Source: Planctomycetota bacterium (GTDB lineage: Bacteria; Planctomycetota; GCA-002687715; CAIWVZ01). Taken from it: a stretch of 64,000 bases of DNA. The stretch spans positions 1,696,001 through 1,760,000 of the forward strand of contig JBGANV010000001.1 of assembly GCA_044222185.1 (NCBI GenBank), written 5' to 3'. A model generated the notes under the pieces. It worked only from the letters and a program-made list of their open reading frames with translations. It did not search any database and was not told where the DNA came from. The position numbers were made by a program, and so were the translations under genes. Within the stretch, counting starts at the first letter, position 1; each line of letters opens with the position of its first letter. Shown here in pieces: positions 9,755 through 19,244 of the stretch.

Positions 9755-10993
9755 ATGAGACACATGAAGTCGCTCGTCGCGGTCGCGCTCGCCACCGCGG
9801 CCATCCAGGCACAGATCGTTCTGCCCTCAGGGTTCTTCGTCGCGTCGGTAACCTCCAACACCTCGATTGGTGTCCCCGGGGCGCTGGGCGGAATCGAGTT
9901 CAGCGCCAACGGCTCCGTGCTCTACGTCGGCGGCGCCGCGAACACCGGCTCCGGCGCGGTGTACGCCGTTCCAGTCACGCGCGATCCCCTCACGCTGCAC
10001 ATCACCGGGCTCGGGACCGCAACGACGTTCGCTTCGGCGCCGGGTATCGACGGCGGCCTCGCCTTCGGCCCCACCGGCACGCTCTTCTTCACGGGCTATC
10101 CCGCAAACGTCCTCGGGGAGATCGTCGGAACGACGACGACCACGTTCCCGCTTCCGCCGGCGACCGGGTCCGTGGGCGGACTCGCGTTCGTCCCGCCGGG
10201 ATTCCCGAACGCCGGTTCGCTGCTCGTCAGCTCGTACAACAACGGCGACATCTTCCGGATCCCGCTGACGGCGGGCGCGAACGGCACGTTCACGCCGGGT
10301 ACCGAAACGCTCGTCGCCGCGCTCCCGTCGGGGAGCGAAGGCTTCCGCGTGATCCCGAGCGGCGGCAATGCCGGAGACATCATCATCACGAACTACGGCG
10401 TGGGGACGGTGGCGATCATCGACATGGATCCGTCGACCGGTCTACCGGTCGGTGGCGTTCAGACCCCCTCGATCTCGACGTTTGCGACGGGCATCGGCGG
10501 CGCTGAAGGCTTCGCGTTCGACCCGCTCACGAACGACCTCCTGATCTCGACGTTCAACGGTTCCCCGTCGAACTCGATCATCAGGATCGGTGGATTTCCT
10601 GCCCCACCGTTCCCCATGACGATCAGCAACGGCACGATCTCGGCCGCGACGGGCGGAGTCCGTACGCTGAACTTCAACGCCGGCACCTCCAACGCGAACC
10701 GCGGCTATGGAATCTTCGGCGGGACGTCCGGCTCGACGCCCGGCATCACGGTGAACTTCGTCAACTTCCCGCTGAACTACGACAGCTTCACGGACCTCAT
10801 CTTCCCGTTCTATGGGACTTCGCTGTTCTCCAACTTCACCGGCATCAGCTCGGCGACGGGGACCGGCGTGGCGACGATGAACATCCCGCCGATTCCGCCG
10901 GTCGCGATCGGCGTCAACATCACGTTCGCCTGCGCGCTGATCCCGCCGTTCACGGCCGCATCGAACGCCGTCACCCTGCACATCTCGCCCTGA
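9755..10993 (+). CDS. Secreted beta-propeller-like protein with C-terminal sorting-like module
   Basis: GAGG RBS and signal peptide AAIQA-Q. Repeated GG(L/I)(A/E)F and AEGFAF blade motifs. Tail TGTGVATMNIPP.P..IGVNITF...ASNAVTLHISP. Confidence 0.85.
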   Translation: MRHMKSLVAVALATAAIQAQIVLPSGFFVASVTSNTSIGVPGALGGIEFSANGSVLYVGGAANTGSGAVYAVPVTRDPLTLHITGLGTATTFASAPGIDGGLAFGPTGTLFFTGYPANVLGEIVGTTTTTFPLPPATGSVGGLAFVPPGFPNAGSLLVSSYNNGDIFRIPLTAGANGTFTPGTETLVAALPSGSEGFRVIPSGGNAGDIIITNYGVGTVAIIDMDPSTGLPVGGVQTPSISTFATGIGGAEGFAFDPLTNDLLISTFNGSPSNSIIRIGGFPAPPFPMTISNGTISAATGGVRTLNFNAGTSNANRGYGIFGGTSGSTPGITVNFVNFPLNYDSFTDLIFPFYGTSLFSNFTGISSATGTGVATMNIPPIPPVAIGVNITFACALIPPFTAASNAVTLHISP

Positions 10994-10998
10994 CCCGG

Positions 10999-12768
10999 TC
11001 AGCGTTCGAAGGCCCCGATGTCCACGGGGCCTACGGGGCGGGGGGCGTTTCCGAAGTCCGTCGCGACCCCGTACTCGATCCCCGCGTCCCGGCCCGCCGA
11101 GCCGGGCGCGAGCGACCAATCTCCCGTCGACGCCGACGTGAACGACGGTTGCGCATGAAATGAATGCGCGTCGTACCCCAGTGCCTGCCACTGGGTGAGC
11201 GAATAGGCCGTGAACACCGCGTCGTCGCGGACGACGACCGGCCAGTTGTCCACGCTCCACACCACGTTCGCGTCGCTCACGAGTCCGGGTAGCGAGTCGG
11301 GAACCCATGCGAAGGCCCCGCGGCGCCCTCCGACCAGGACGTTGTTGCGCAGGACGTTCCCGGTGCTCCCGTTCAACATGGTCACGCAGTAACGCCCCTT
11401 CCCCGATGCGTAGACGATCGTGTTGTGTTCGATGAGGTTGTTCTTGCAGCCCCACACGGCGCCGGCCGCGTCGTCCCACATCGCAATGCCCGACGAGTTC
11501 AGGTAGAGGCCGTTGGTGATCACGTTGTTGCGGATCACCGACTCGCGGACCGAGGCCAGGTTGATCGCCGCCCCGCCCGCGTTCCCGTTGTTCGTGCACA
11601 GATTCCGCTCGACGAGGCAGTGCCGGCTGATTCCATCCGGAACGTACCCGCCGATCGGCGTGAGGAACGCGGGGTCCGCGTTGATCTGGATTCCGCTCGC
11701 GTTGTTGTCGTGACACCAATTGCCGGCGATCACGGCGCGGTCACCAGAGTTCGAGTGGTAGATGCCGTGCTCCGACACCGAACCAAAGCACTCGTTGCCA
11801 AGGAGAGCGAGGTCGTCGGCGTAGTCGGTGAAGATGCCCCACAACGGGTGGTTGCCGAGGACGCAGCCCTGGATGGTCACGTGGCTCGACAGCGAGACGC
11901 GAACCCCCGCTCGGTTCGACGCGAACGCCCTCAGTCCGTGGATCGTCACCCACGACGAGTTGCCGATGAACAGGGAATTCCGGTTGCTGTTGTTCGTCGT
12001 GCCGGCGCCGACGACGACCGCGTTTCCACCGCTCGCCCGGAAGATGACGGGGTTCGCCTGCGTTCCGATCACCGTGTCGATCATCACCGGCCCCGCGTAG
12101 GTGCCGTTCGCGATCTCGACGATCGCGCCGGCTCCCACGTGCGTCGCGGCCCAGGAGATCTGACGCCACGCCGTCTGAGGCGTCAGACCATCGTTGGCGT
12201 CACTGCCCTGCGGGGACACGTAGCGAGTCGCGCTGCCGACCGGGGGCGGCGGAACGAACGGCGCCGAGCTTCCCGCGGGAAGCGCCGCATCGGCTGAGAC
12301 GAGCGTGACGTGCGTGGAGTTGCCGATCAGACCGATCCCGAACGGGGATGCGGGGGCCAACGTGACGAAGCACCCGTCGATGGAGGCGGCGATCAACGAC
12401 GGGACGAGCGGGATGTGCAGACGTGCCGTTGCGTCACCCGCTGAGTCAGTCACACCGTCGAAGTTCTGACATACGCTCGCGTAGGCCGCGGACCCGCCCA
12501 GGATGCCGTGGAACACCAGCGGAACGTTGATGGGGACGACGGGTCCGAGCGGGCCCAGCGCGACACCGGGCGACGAGCCCGTCGTGGACACGTCGAAGAA
12601 GTATGGGACGCCGGCCTGCCCCGAACGGATGCGGAACGGCACGACCGAACCGATTGCCGCTGCGGGAGGAGCCCAGAGCGTGCCGGGTGTCCCCTGGCCG
12701 AACGCCACGGTGACCAACAGACCGAAAGCCGCCACCAGAAACCATCGCCGGACGTGAGGCATGAGCAT
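10999..12768 (-). CDS. Secreted right-handed parallel beta-helix protein with N-terminal copy of the sorting-like module
   Basis: GGAG RBS and signal peptide VAFG-Q. YVSPQGSDANDG..P.TAW, NGTY, HGIYHSNSGD, SGIQINAD, Asn-ladder repeats, ends DIGAFE. Confidence 0.87.
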   Translation of the reverse strand: MLMPHVRRWFLVAAFGLLVTVAFGQGTPGTLWAPPAAAIGSVVPFRIRSGQAGVPYFFDVSTTGSSPGVALGPLGPVVPINVPLVFHGILGGSAAYASVCQNFDGVTDSAGDATARLHIPLVPSLIAASIDGCFVTLAPASPFGIGLIGNSTHVTLVSADAALPAGSSAPFVPPPPVGSATRYVSPQGSDANDGLTPQTAWRQISWAATHVGAGAIVEIANGTYAGPVMIDTVIGTQANPVIFRASGGNAVVVGAGTTNNSNRNSLFIGNSSWVTIHGLRAFASNRAGVRVSLSSHVTIQGCVLGNHPLWGIFTDYADDLALLGNECFGSVSEHGIYHSNSGDRAVIAGNWCHDNNASGIQINADPAFLTPIGGYVPDGISRHCLVERNLCTNNGNAGGAAINLASVRESVIRNNVITNGLYLNSSGIAMWDDAAGAVWGCKNNLIEHNTIVYASGKGRYCVTMLNGSTGNVLRNNVLVGGRRGAFAWVPDSLPGLVSDANVVWSVDNWPVVVRDDAVFTAYSLTQWQALGYDAHSFHAQPSFTSASTGDWSLAPGSAGRDAGIEYGVATDFGNAPRPVGPVDIGAFER

Positions 12769-12948
12769 CGCGCTCCGATGTCCCCGTCGACGCGGCAGCC
12801 GGGGGCGCGATATGCCGCGCGTCGGTGGGACGCGGACAGTGTAAGTCCCGAGGAGCGCCACCGCGACGTTCGAAGTCCGCCGTCGCTCGACCGGGACTCG
12901 CATCGCAGCACCGTCAGTGCGATGATGCTCGCTCCCCAGGACGTATCG

Positions 12949-13926
12949 ATGAAGATCGTCATCCCCGGCGGCTCAGGTCAACTCGGGACTCTGGTCGCGC
13001 GGACCTTTCGGGGCGACGGACACGATGTCGTCGTCATCGCGCGTACGCAGCAACAGCGGCCGTGGCGCACGATTGCGTGGGACGGGTGCAGCCTCGGTCC
13101 ATGGGCGGCGGAATTCGACGGCGCCGATGTCGTGATCAACCTCGCGGGCCGCTCGGTGAACTGCCGCTACACGGCGGAGAACCGCGCCGAGATCATGCGG
13201 TCGCGAATCCAGTCGACTGCAGTCGTGGGCGAGGCGATCGCGGCGGCGCGCCGCCCCCCGCCACTCTGGCTGCAGGCGAGCACGGCCACCATCTATGCCC
13301 ACACGTTCACGACGCCGAACGATGAAACCACGGGTACGATCGGCGGAACGGAGTTGAACACGCCTGCGTCGTGGCGGTTCAGCATCGACGTGGCGACCGC
13401 GTGGGAGCGAACTCTGGACGAGGCCCGGACTCCGGCGACGCGCAAGGTCGCGATGCGGTCAGCCATGGTGATGACACCCGATGCGGGCGGGATCTTCGAT
13501 ACGCTGAAGCGACTGGCGCGTTTCGGCCTGGGCGGCAGCGCCGCCGGTGGCCATCAGTACGTCTCCTGGATCCACGGCGAGGACTTCACCCGCAGCCTTT
13601 ACTGGATCATGCGCCACGAAGCGCTCGATGGTCCAATCAACCTCGCGGCACCGGAGCCGATCCCCTACTCGGCGTTCATGGCCGCGCTTCGGCATGCGGT
13701 CGGCGCACGCGTGGCCTTGCCGGCGACGCGGTGGATGGTCGAGATCGGCGCGTTCGCCCTGCGGACCGAGTCAGAGTTGGTCCTGAAGAGTCGGCGTGTC
13801 GTCCCAGGCAGGTTGTTGGAATCGGGGTTCGCGTTTCATTTCCCGTGCTGGCCGGATGCGGTGAGCGACCTCTGCGCGAATCGCGCGTCCGATCCACGCC
13901 CGACGACCGGGTCCACGCCAAAATGA
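12949..13926 (+). CDS. TIGR01777/YfcH-like NAD-dependent epimerase (with DUF1731 tail)
   Basis: MKIVIPGGSGQLG Rossmann motif, VINLAGRSVNCRY, QYVSWIH.ED, LVLKSRRVVPGRLLESGF.F. Confidence 0.92.
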   Translation: MKIVIPGGSGQLGTLVARTFRGDGHDVVVIARTQQQRPWRTIAWDGCSLGPWAAEFDGADVVINLAGRSVNCRYTAENRAEIMRSRIQSTAVVGEAIAAARRPPPLWLQASTATIYAHTFTTPNDETTGTIGGTELNTPASWRFSIDVATAWERTLDEARTPATRKVAMRSAMVMTPDAGGIFDTLKRLARFGLGGSAAGGHQYVSWIHGEDFTRSLYWIMRHEALDGPINLAAPEPIPYSAFMAALRHAVGARVALPATRWMVEIGAFALRTESELVLKSRRVVPGRLLESGFAFHFPCWPDAVSDLCANRASDPRPTTGSTPK

Positions 13927-13928
13927 AA

Positions 13929-13963
13929 CGAGCCCGGCCCGCACGCATGCGGTACCGGGCTCG
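13929..13963. terminator. Intrinsic terminator hairpin between convergent genes
   Basis: CGAGCCCGG...CCGGGCTCG stem with inner CCGCA/TGCGG. Followed by TTTCATTT on the minus strand and CTCTT on the plus strand. Confidence 0.7.
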
Positions 13964-14017
13964 CTCTTCGCGCGGCCTCACGACGTGACGGTCACGCCGC
14001 GAGTCCGAGCGCCATCA

Positions 14018-15052
14018 TCACGGAATGGTGTAGCTCGTCGCCGGCGAGTGGTTCGCCGGGACGGGGGAGCCGGCCGGGATGTGGTACGCGAGAGCGTAGA
14101 ACGTGAGGCTCGACGGGAGCCCGGTGAACGGTCCGAGCGCGAACGAGCCCGAGCCATCGAGCGGTCCCTGGAACGGGAACGTGCCGATCTCGCTGAGGAG
14201 TTCCGGGAACGTGATGTCGATCCCGTTCAGCCAGCCGTTCGGGAACGCGCCCGCGTTGAACGTGAGCGGCATGAAGTACTGACCGAACGGCGAACCGCCA
14301 CAGATGTTCATCTGGAGCGAGCCCGCGCCGAGCGGCGAGCTGAAGACGAGCGTGAACGGAGCCGCCTTCGTGAACGTGAGGACGGTGCCGTCCGGGATCG
14401 AGGCGGCCGTGTTGAAGCTGTACTGGGCGTTGTTCGTCGTCGCCGCGCCATCGATGTAACCAACGGTCGCGCTGGCGCCGTTGTCGTTCGCAGCCTGGGC
14501 GCCACCGAACGTGGCGTCCGGGTAGAGGACCTGGATCAGCGACGGGCTGCAGCCACCGCCCTGGAAGATCTGGACCTGGAACGTGATGCCGGGGCCGCCA
14601 GCGGCCGACGACGTCGCGAAGTGTCCGATGTTCTGGTACTGGATGTACAGAACACCGCTGATCTCCTGCCAGTAGATCGTCGCGTTCGGCGCGCCGACGG
14701 CGTAGAGATCATCCCAGAACGGGCAGAGGGCCTTCTCGCCAGCGGCGTAGCCGACGAGCGTGCCGGTGGACGTCCCGGTGATCGCGGAGTTGCCGAAGGT
14801 CGACGTGGTCCCAGCGGCTGCGACGATGTAGCCGTTGCTCGTGATCGTCACGGGACCGGCCGGGAACATGTCGTTCCCGACGGTCGTCGTGATTCCGTGA
14901 GCCGTGTCGTCGCCAGCGCCAGCGATCGCGGTACCGGTCGTGGAAATGTCGACGAACGAGCCGGGCAGTGCGTTCGTGATTGCAACCTGAGCGCTCGCGA
15001 CCGTCGCGAAGACACAGGCCGCGACAACGCTGAGTGACCTCGATGAGAGCAT
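14018..15052 (-). CDS. Secreted protein, NIDO-like domain plus subtype-B C-terminal module
   Basis: GGAG RBS and signal peptide VASA-Q. ITSNGYI, LCPFWDDL, TFQVQIF, GASATVGY. Tail GAFPNGWLNGIDITFPEL...HSPATSYTIP. Confidence 0.88.
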   Translation of the reverse strand: MLSSRSLSVVAACVFATVASAQVAITNALPGSFVDISTTGTAIAGAGDDTAHGITTTVGNDMFPAGPVTITSNGYIVAAAGTTSTFGNSAITGTSTGTLVGYAAGEKALCPFWDDLYAVGAPNATIYWQEISGVLYIQYQNIGHFATSSAAGGPGITFQVQIFQGGGCSPSLIQVLYPDATFGGAQAANDNGASATVGYIDGAATTNNAQYSFNTAASIPDGTVLTFTKAAPFTLVFSSPLGAGSLQMNICGGSPFGQYFMPLTFNAGAFPNGWLNGIDITFPELLSEIGTFPFQGPLDGSGSFALGPFTGLPSSLTFYALAYHIPAGSPVPANHSPATSYTIP

Positions 15053-15167
15053 TGACTAACTCCAGTGACGATGTGGATTGGGAAGGCGGGCTGTTCGAGC
15101 CCGTACCGCGAGCGAAGTAGGGTCTCTCGACCCTGTGCGACACTTCGAACCGGCGCCGCGAAGGATA
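15053..15167 (-). promoter_or_regulatory. Putative -10 box (TATCCT) and structured 5' leader of the 14018-15052 gene
   Basis: Minus strand: TATCCT at 15167-15162, then CGAAGT-bulge-AGGGTC-GAGA-GACCCT-ACTTCG and CGGGCT-CGAAC-AGCCCG hairpins, then the RBS. Confidence 0.5.
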
Positions 15168-15271
15168 CACGACCGTACCCCACGAAGCGAAGCGCCTTTT
15201 TTTTCTGCCAGGGCCCGGGCCCCTCCGGGCGTGCCTGACGCCTCACGGCGGCGATTGACGCCGCGACAATC

Positions 15272-16372
15272 TCAGTGCACGTACGCGAGATACGCACGGC
15301 TCAGCAGGCGGACGGACGGGCCGCTCGATCCGACCGGCGCGTCCTCCGCATAACCCTGCAAGACGATCCCAAGCCCGCAAAGCGCCGCCGTCGGCACGAT
15401 TACGCTGAACGTGGGCCCGGCGGCAGGTGCCGGCGCGGACGATGGAGTCAATGCGCCGATGGAAAGGACGCCGAAGGCATCCGTGGGATCGATCAGAAGC
15501 GCGCCGCCGATCCCCGGCACGTTCAACAGCTGGTTGTGCCGCAGCGCCTGGGTGATGAACACGTGGAACCCGCCGGAGAACACGGCCGGGTTTGCACGGA
15601 TCCGCAGGTTCGTTGGCGTCGCGGCGCCGATCAGGAACGTGTCGGTGGCAGGGACCGTCAGGTTCTCGACCCAGGCGTCGACGGTTCCGGCGCCGGGGAC
15701 CTGGAACATCGCGCCCCAGGTGATGCAGTCGATACAGGCGTGGCTGTTCACGAGGTTGTTGCCGCCATTCCAGCAGGCAAGGCTCAGATACGCGCCGCCG
15801 GAAGAAACGATCGCGCTCAACTCGGTCGACGTGAACAGGTGTGTCACGGTGTCGACGCCCGGCGCCCCGGTCTCGCGGCCCCCGCTGACGACGTCGATGC
15901 ATGAGTTGTATGCGGAGAAGACGTCCCGATGGACGAGTGCCGCGATGGCCAGGTCGTTGGAGTTGCCGCAAATCGCCGCTGCGAATCCGTCGTTGAAGCC
16001 GCCGGCTGCTGGCCCCTGCGCGTTGAAGAACTCGAAGGCGAACGAAACGGACGGCGCGCCCGGAGGGACGGGCACGCGAATCTCTGCGACGTTCAGGGGG
16101 ATTGGCCTGGCGACGGGTCCCCCGGCGGCGACGCTCATGGGCCCGGATGCCTGGATGCGCGCGTACTGGGCACCGGCCACCGGGAATCCGCACGTGACCG
16201 TGGCGTCGACTCGCGTGCCGACGTTGCCCGAGAGGAGAGTGGCGTTGGACTGGGCGTTCTCGCAGTCGTTGCAGCACTGCGTCGGAAACGGTCCGATCGG
16301 CTGACACTCGAACCCCTGCGCCGCCGCCCACGTGGCGGTGACGACGAACAACGGCCATGTGAGACTTCGCAT
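15272..16372 (-). CDS. Secreted Cys-rich protein with divergent C-terminal module
   Basis: GGAAGG RBS and signal peptide WAAA-Q. SF.FEFF...FNDGF jelly-roll-like core. Tail ALLIDP...VPTAALCGLGIVLQ...D...LSRAYLAYVH. Confidence 0.78.
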   Translation of the reverse strand: MRSLTWPLFVVTATWAAAQGFECQPIGPFPTQCCNDCENAQSNATLLSGNVGTRVDATVTCGFPVAGAQYARIQASGPMSVAAGGPVARPIPLNVAEIRVPVPPGAPSVSFAFEFFNAQGPAAGGFNDGFAAAICGNSNDLAIAALVHRDVFSAYNSCIDVVSGGRETGAPGVDTVTHLFTSTELSAIVSSGGAYLSLACWNGGNNLVNSHACIDCITWGAMFQVPGAGTVDAWVENLTVPATDTFLIGAATPTNLRIRANPAVFSGGFHVFITQALRHNQLLNVPGIGGALLIDPTDAFGVLSIGALTPSSAPAPAAGPTFSVIVPTAALCGLGIVLQGYAEDAPVGSSGPSVRLLSRAYLAYVH

Positions 16373-16786
16373 GGAAACACCTTCCGAACCGAGCGCAGCC
16401 GCATCGGGTGCCTGATCAACCGTGCGTCGCACCGTCGGTTCCTCGCGCTGACGAGGTTCCCCATCGGAGGCGGCCTCGCGTTCCTGACGGGCAAACAGCT
16501 TCTCGTTCCTCGATCCTGGCCCAACGGCGCCCCGCAGGCCATCTCGGGTTCTCACGTTTCACGCACGCGTGGACACTATACACGAGCGGCGAAGCGCCGA
16601 TCCCCGCGACTGTGCGGCTCAGGTGCGGGATTAAGGCCCGACGCGCGAGCCGATCGCGCCGTCGGCGAGCCCCGCGACGGAGAATGACTGCCGGCATCGT
16701 TGGCCCCCGATCCGTCACGCATTCAGACTCTTGTCGCCGCACCGGGACGTTCCCCGACCTCCGAGGGTGGCGCAGAGGAGCCCGCG

Positions 16787-18049
16787 ATGTTCATCACGCA
16801 GCGTGCGGCGTGCGCTCTCATTCTCGTCACCGCAGGCGCCCTCGGACAGATCGAGCCGCTGACGAACGATTCCTGCACAACTCCATTGCCACTCGCCATC
16901 GGGATCAACCCCGCGCCCAGTGCATCCGGCCACACGTACACGAACAGCGGGGCGACGGACTCGCCCGGCTTCACGTCGTCGTGCCAGTCGAACGTGCACG
17001 CAGACGTCTTCTTCGCGTTCACGGCGCAGACGAGCGGGCCGCACGAGGTTCGGACGGACGCGCCCCCCGGGTTCGTGCCGGGCACGCTCTCGGACACGGT
17101 CCTCCAGGTCTTCAGCGGCTGCGGCGGATCCACGGAGCTCGCGTGCGACGACGACTCCGGTGCGGGACTGCTCTCCCGGATCGCCGCCGTGCCCCTCGTC
17201 GCGGGCATCACGTACACCATCCGCGTTTCGAGTTTCGGCGTGGGTCCGACGGGGACGTTCTACCTGCGCGTCAATCCCCCACCGGGGATCCCGGCTAACG
17301 ACACGTGCGCCGGAGCGTTCGCGTTGACCGACGGGACGTCCGTCGGATCGAACGCCGCCGCCACGTCGGATGCTCCCTCTCTTCCGCCCTCGAGTTGCGC
17401 CGTCGGCGACCGTCACGTGTGGTACGCGTACACGAACCCCGGCTCATGCGGTCGGACCGTGACCGTCTCGACCTGCGGTCCACAGACGAACTTCGACACC
17501 GTCCTCGCGGTCTACGGCGGGACGTGCGGGGCGCTCGTCGGAGTCGCGTGCAACGACGACACGTGCGGCACCCGCTCGACGGTGACGTTCGTCATCCCGC
17601 CAGGCGCGACACGCAGGATCTCCGTGGCGTCGTATTTCGCCTCCGGCGGGACGTTCGCATTGAGCGTCGCCTCGACGATCGCGCAGGCCGAATCGATGGG
17701 CGCCGCCTGCGGTGTGATCGCCCCGACCCTCGCCGGGGACCTTCCCCAGTTCGGCACGCAAGGCTCGCTGTGGATCGGCGGCGCGGAGGCGAATGCGGCG
17801 GGGCTGCTGGGTCTCAGCGCCCTCGGTATCCCGTCACCGCTGCCCGGGGGATGCACGCTCCAACTCGACGTGGGATCGGCGATCGTCCTCGCACCGGTCA
17901 CCATCGACGCATCCGGGAACTGGTCGTTGACCGCGACGATCCCCAATGACCCGGCGTTCGTGTGTTTCGAGGTCATGCTCCAGGCCGCCGTCAGCGGTCC
18001 GGCCGGCCTCTCGCTCACGAACGGCCTCCGACTCGTCCTGGGCCCCTGA
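16787..18049 (+). CDS. Secreted protein with two NDxC-initiated (PPC-like) repeats and canonical C-terminal module
   Basis: GAGGAG RBS and signal peptide GALG-Q. Two repeats NDxC...(D/H)V(F/W)xxxT...DTVL.V..G.C....(L/V)AC.DD. Tail GAAC...GCTLQLD...IPNDPAF...LQA...LTNGLRLVLGP. Confidence 0.88.
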   Translation: MFITQRAACALILVTAGALGQIEPLTNDSCTTPLPLAIGINPAPSASGHTYTNSGATDSPGFTSSCQSNVHADVFFAFTAQTSGPHEVRTDAPPGFVPGTLSDTVLQVFSGCGGSTELACDDDSGAGLLSRIAAVPLVAGITYTIRVSSFGVGPTGTFYLRVNPPPGIPANDTCAGAFALTDGTSVGSNAAATSDAPSLPPSSCAVGDRHVWYAYTNPGSCGRTVTVSTCGPQTNFDTVLAVYGGTCGALVGVACNDDTCGTRSTVTFVIPPGATRRISVASYFASGGTFALSVASTIAQAESMGAACGVIAPTLAGDLPQFGTQGSLWIGGAEANAAGLLGLSALGIPSPLPGGCTLQLDVGSAIVLAPVTIDASGNWSLTATIPNDPAFVCFEVMLQAAVSGPAGLSLTNGLRLVLGP

Positions 18050-18068
18050 ACGACGTCGCCGGTAGAGT

Positions 18069-19238
18069 GTGAGCGTGACGACGACCGCACGCTTCGTGAT
18101 CGCACTTTGTCTCGTGGAGGCTGGCGCCGCTGCGGCGCAGGATCGGGCCTTCTCCATCCCGCTCGTCGACCTCGACGGGGCGAAGGAACGACAGGTCGTC
18201 GTCGACCGGGAGCATGGCCAGTATCTCGGACACCCGACGACGGCGCTTCTCGAGGACGGTCGAACCATGTTCTGCGTGTACCCGAAGGGGCATGGCGCAG
18301 GCGCCATCGTCCTCAAGCGCAGCGGGGACGGCGGTCTGTCGTGGTCCTCGCGTCTGGAGACACCGGCGAGTTGGTCGACGTCGCGCGAGACTCCGACGAT
18401 CTACCGAGTCACCGATGCGGCAGGACGCAAGAGGCTCGTCCTCTTCAGCGGCCTCCATCCCGTCCGCGAGTCCGTCAGCGAAGACGACGGTTCGACGTGG
18501 TCCGAGCTGAAGCCCGTCGGCGACTGGGGCGGCATCGTCGCCATGGCAAGTCTCGTCGAGCTCAGATCCGGTGCGGGCCACTACCTGGCGATGTTCCACG
18601 ATGACGGCCGGTTCATCGCGAACGCAGGCAAGTCCACGGGCGAGTTCACGCTCTACGGCACGCGTTCCCTCGATGGCGGGCTCTCGTGGACCGCGCCCGT
18701 GGCGATCTTTCGCTCACGGGAGATCCACCTCTGCGAACCGGGAGCCGTCCGCTCGCCCGACGGCAAGCGCATCGCCGTCCTTCTGCGGGAGAACAGCCGA
18801 CGGAAGAACTCCCACGTGATCGTCTCGGACGACGAAGGAACGACGTGGACCGCGCCGCGTGAGGTCTCGGCGGCGCTCACCGGTGATCGCCACGTCGCAC
18901 GCTACGGGGGCGACGGCCGGATCTTCGTCGCGTTCCGCGACGTGCCCCGCAAAGGCGTGCTCAGTCCGACGGCCGGAGACTGGGTCGGCTGGGTAGGAAC
19001 GTGGGACGACGTCGTGGCGGGCCGCGACGGCGCGTTGCGCGTTCGATTGAAGGACAACCACGACGCCTGGGACTGCGCCTACTCGGGGCTCGAGGTCCTT
19101 GGTGACGGGACCTTCGTGGCGACGACCTACGGTCATTGGACCGTGGGCGAAAAACCGTGGATCCTGGGCGTCCGATTCAGGCTGGAGGAGCTCGACGCGC
19201 TCGCGCGAACCGCGGATTCCCGGCCCACGTCGCGATAG
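18069..19238 (+). CDS. Secreted sialidase-like (BNR/Asp-box) protein
   Basis: Four Asp boxes (SGDGGLSW, SEDDGSTW, SLDGGLSW, SDDEGTTW), YLGHPTT, LCEPG, DCAYSG. Signal peptide AAAA-Q. Confidence 0.88.
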   Translation: MSVTTTARFVIALCLVEAGAAAAQDRAFSIPLVDLDGAKERQVVVDREHGQYLGHPTTALLEDGRTMFCVYPKGHGAGAIVLKRSGDGGLSWSSRLETPASWSTSRETPTIYRVTDAAGRKRLVLFSGLHPVRESVSEDDGSTWSELKPVGDWGGIVAMASLVELRSGAGHYLAMFHDDGRFIANAGKSTGEFTLYGTRSLDGGLSWTAPVAIFRSREIHLCEPGAVRSPDGKRIAVLLRENSRRKNSHVIVSDDEGTTWTAPREVSAALTGDRHVARYGGDGRIFVAFRDVPRKGVLSPTAGDWVGWVGTWDDVVAGRDGALRVRLKDNHDAWDCAYSGLEVLGDGTFVATTYGHWTVGEKPWILGVRFRLEELDALARTADSRPTSR

Positions 19239-19244
19239 TCAGGC

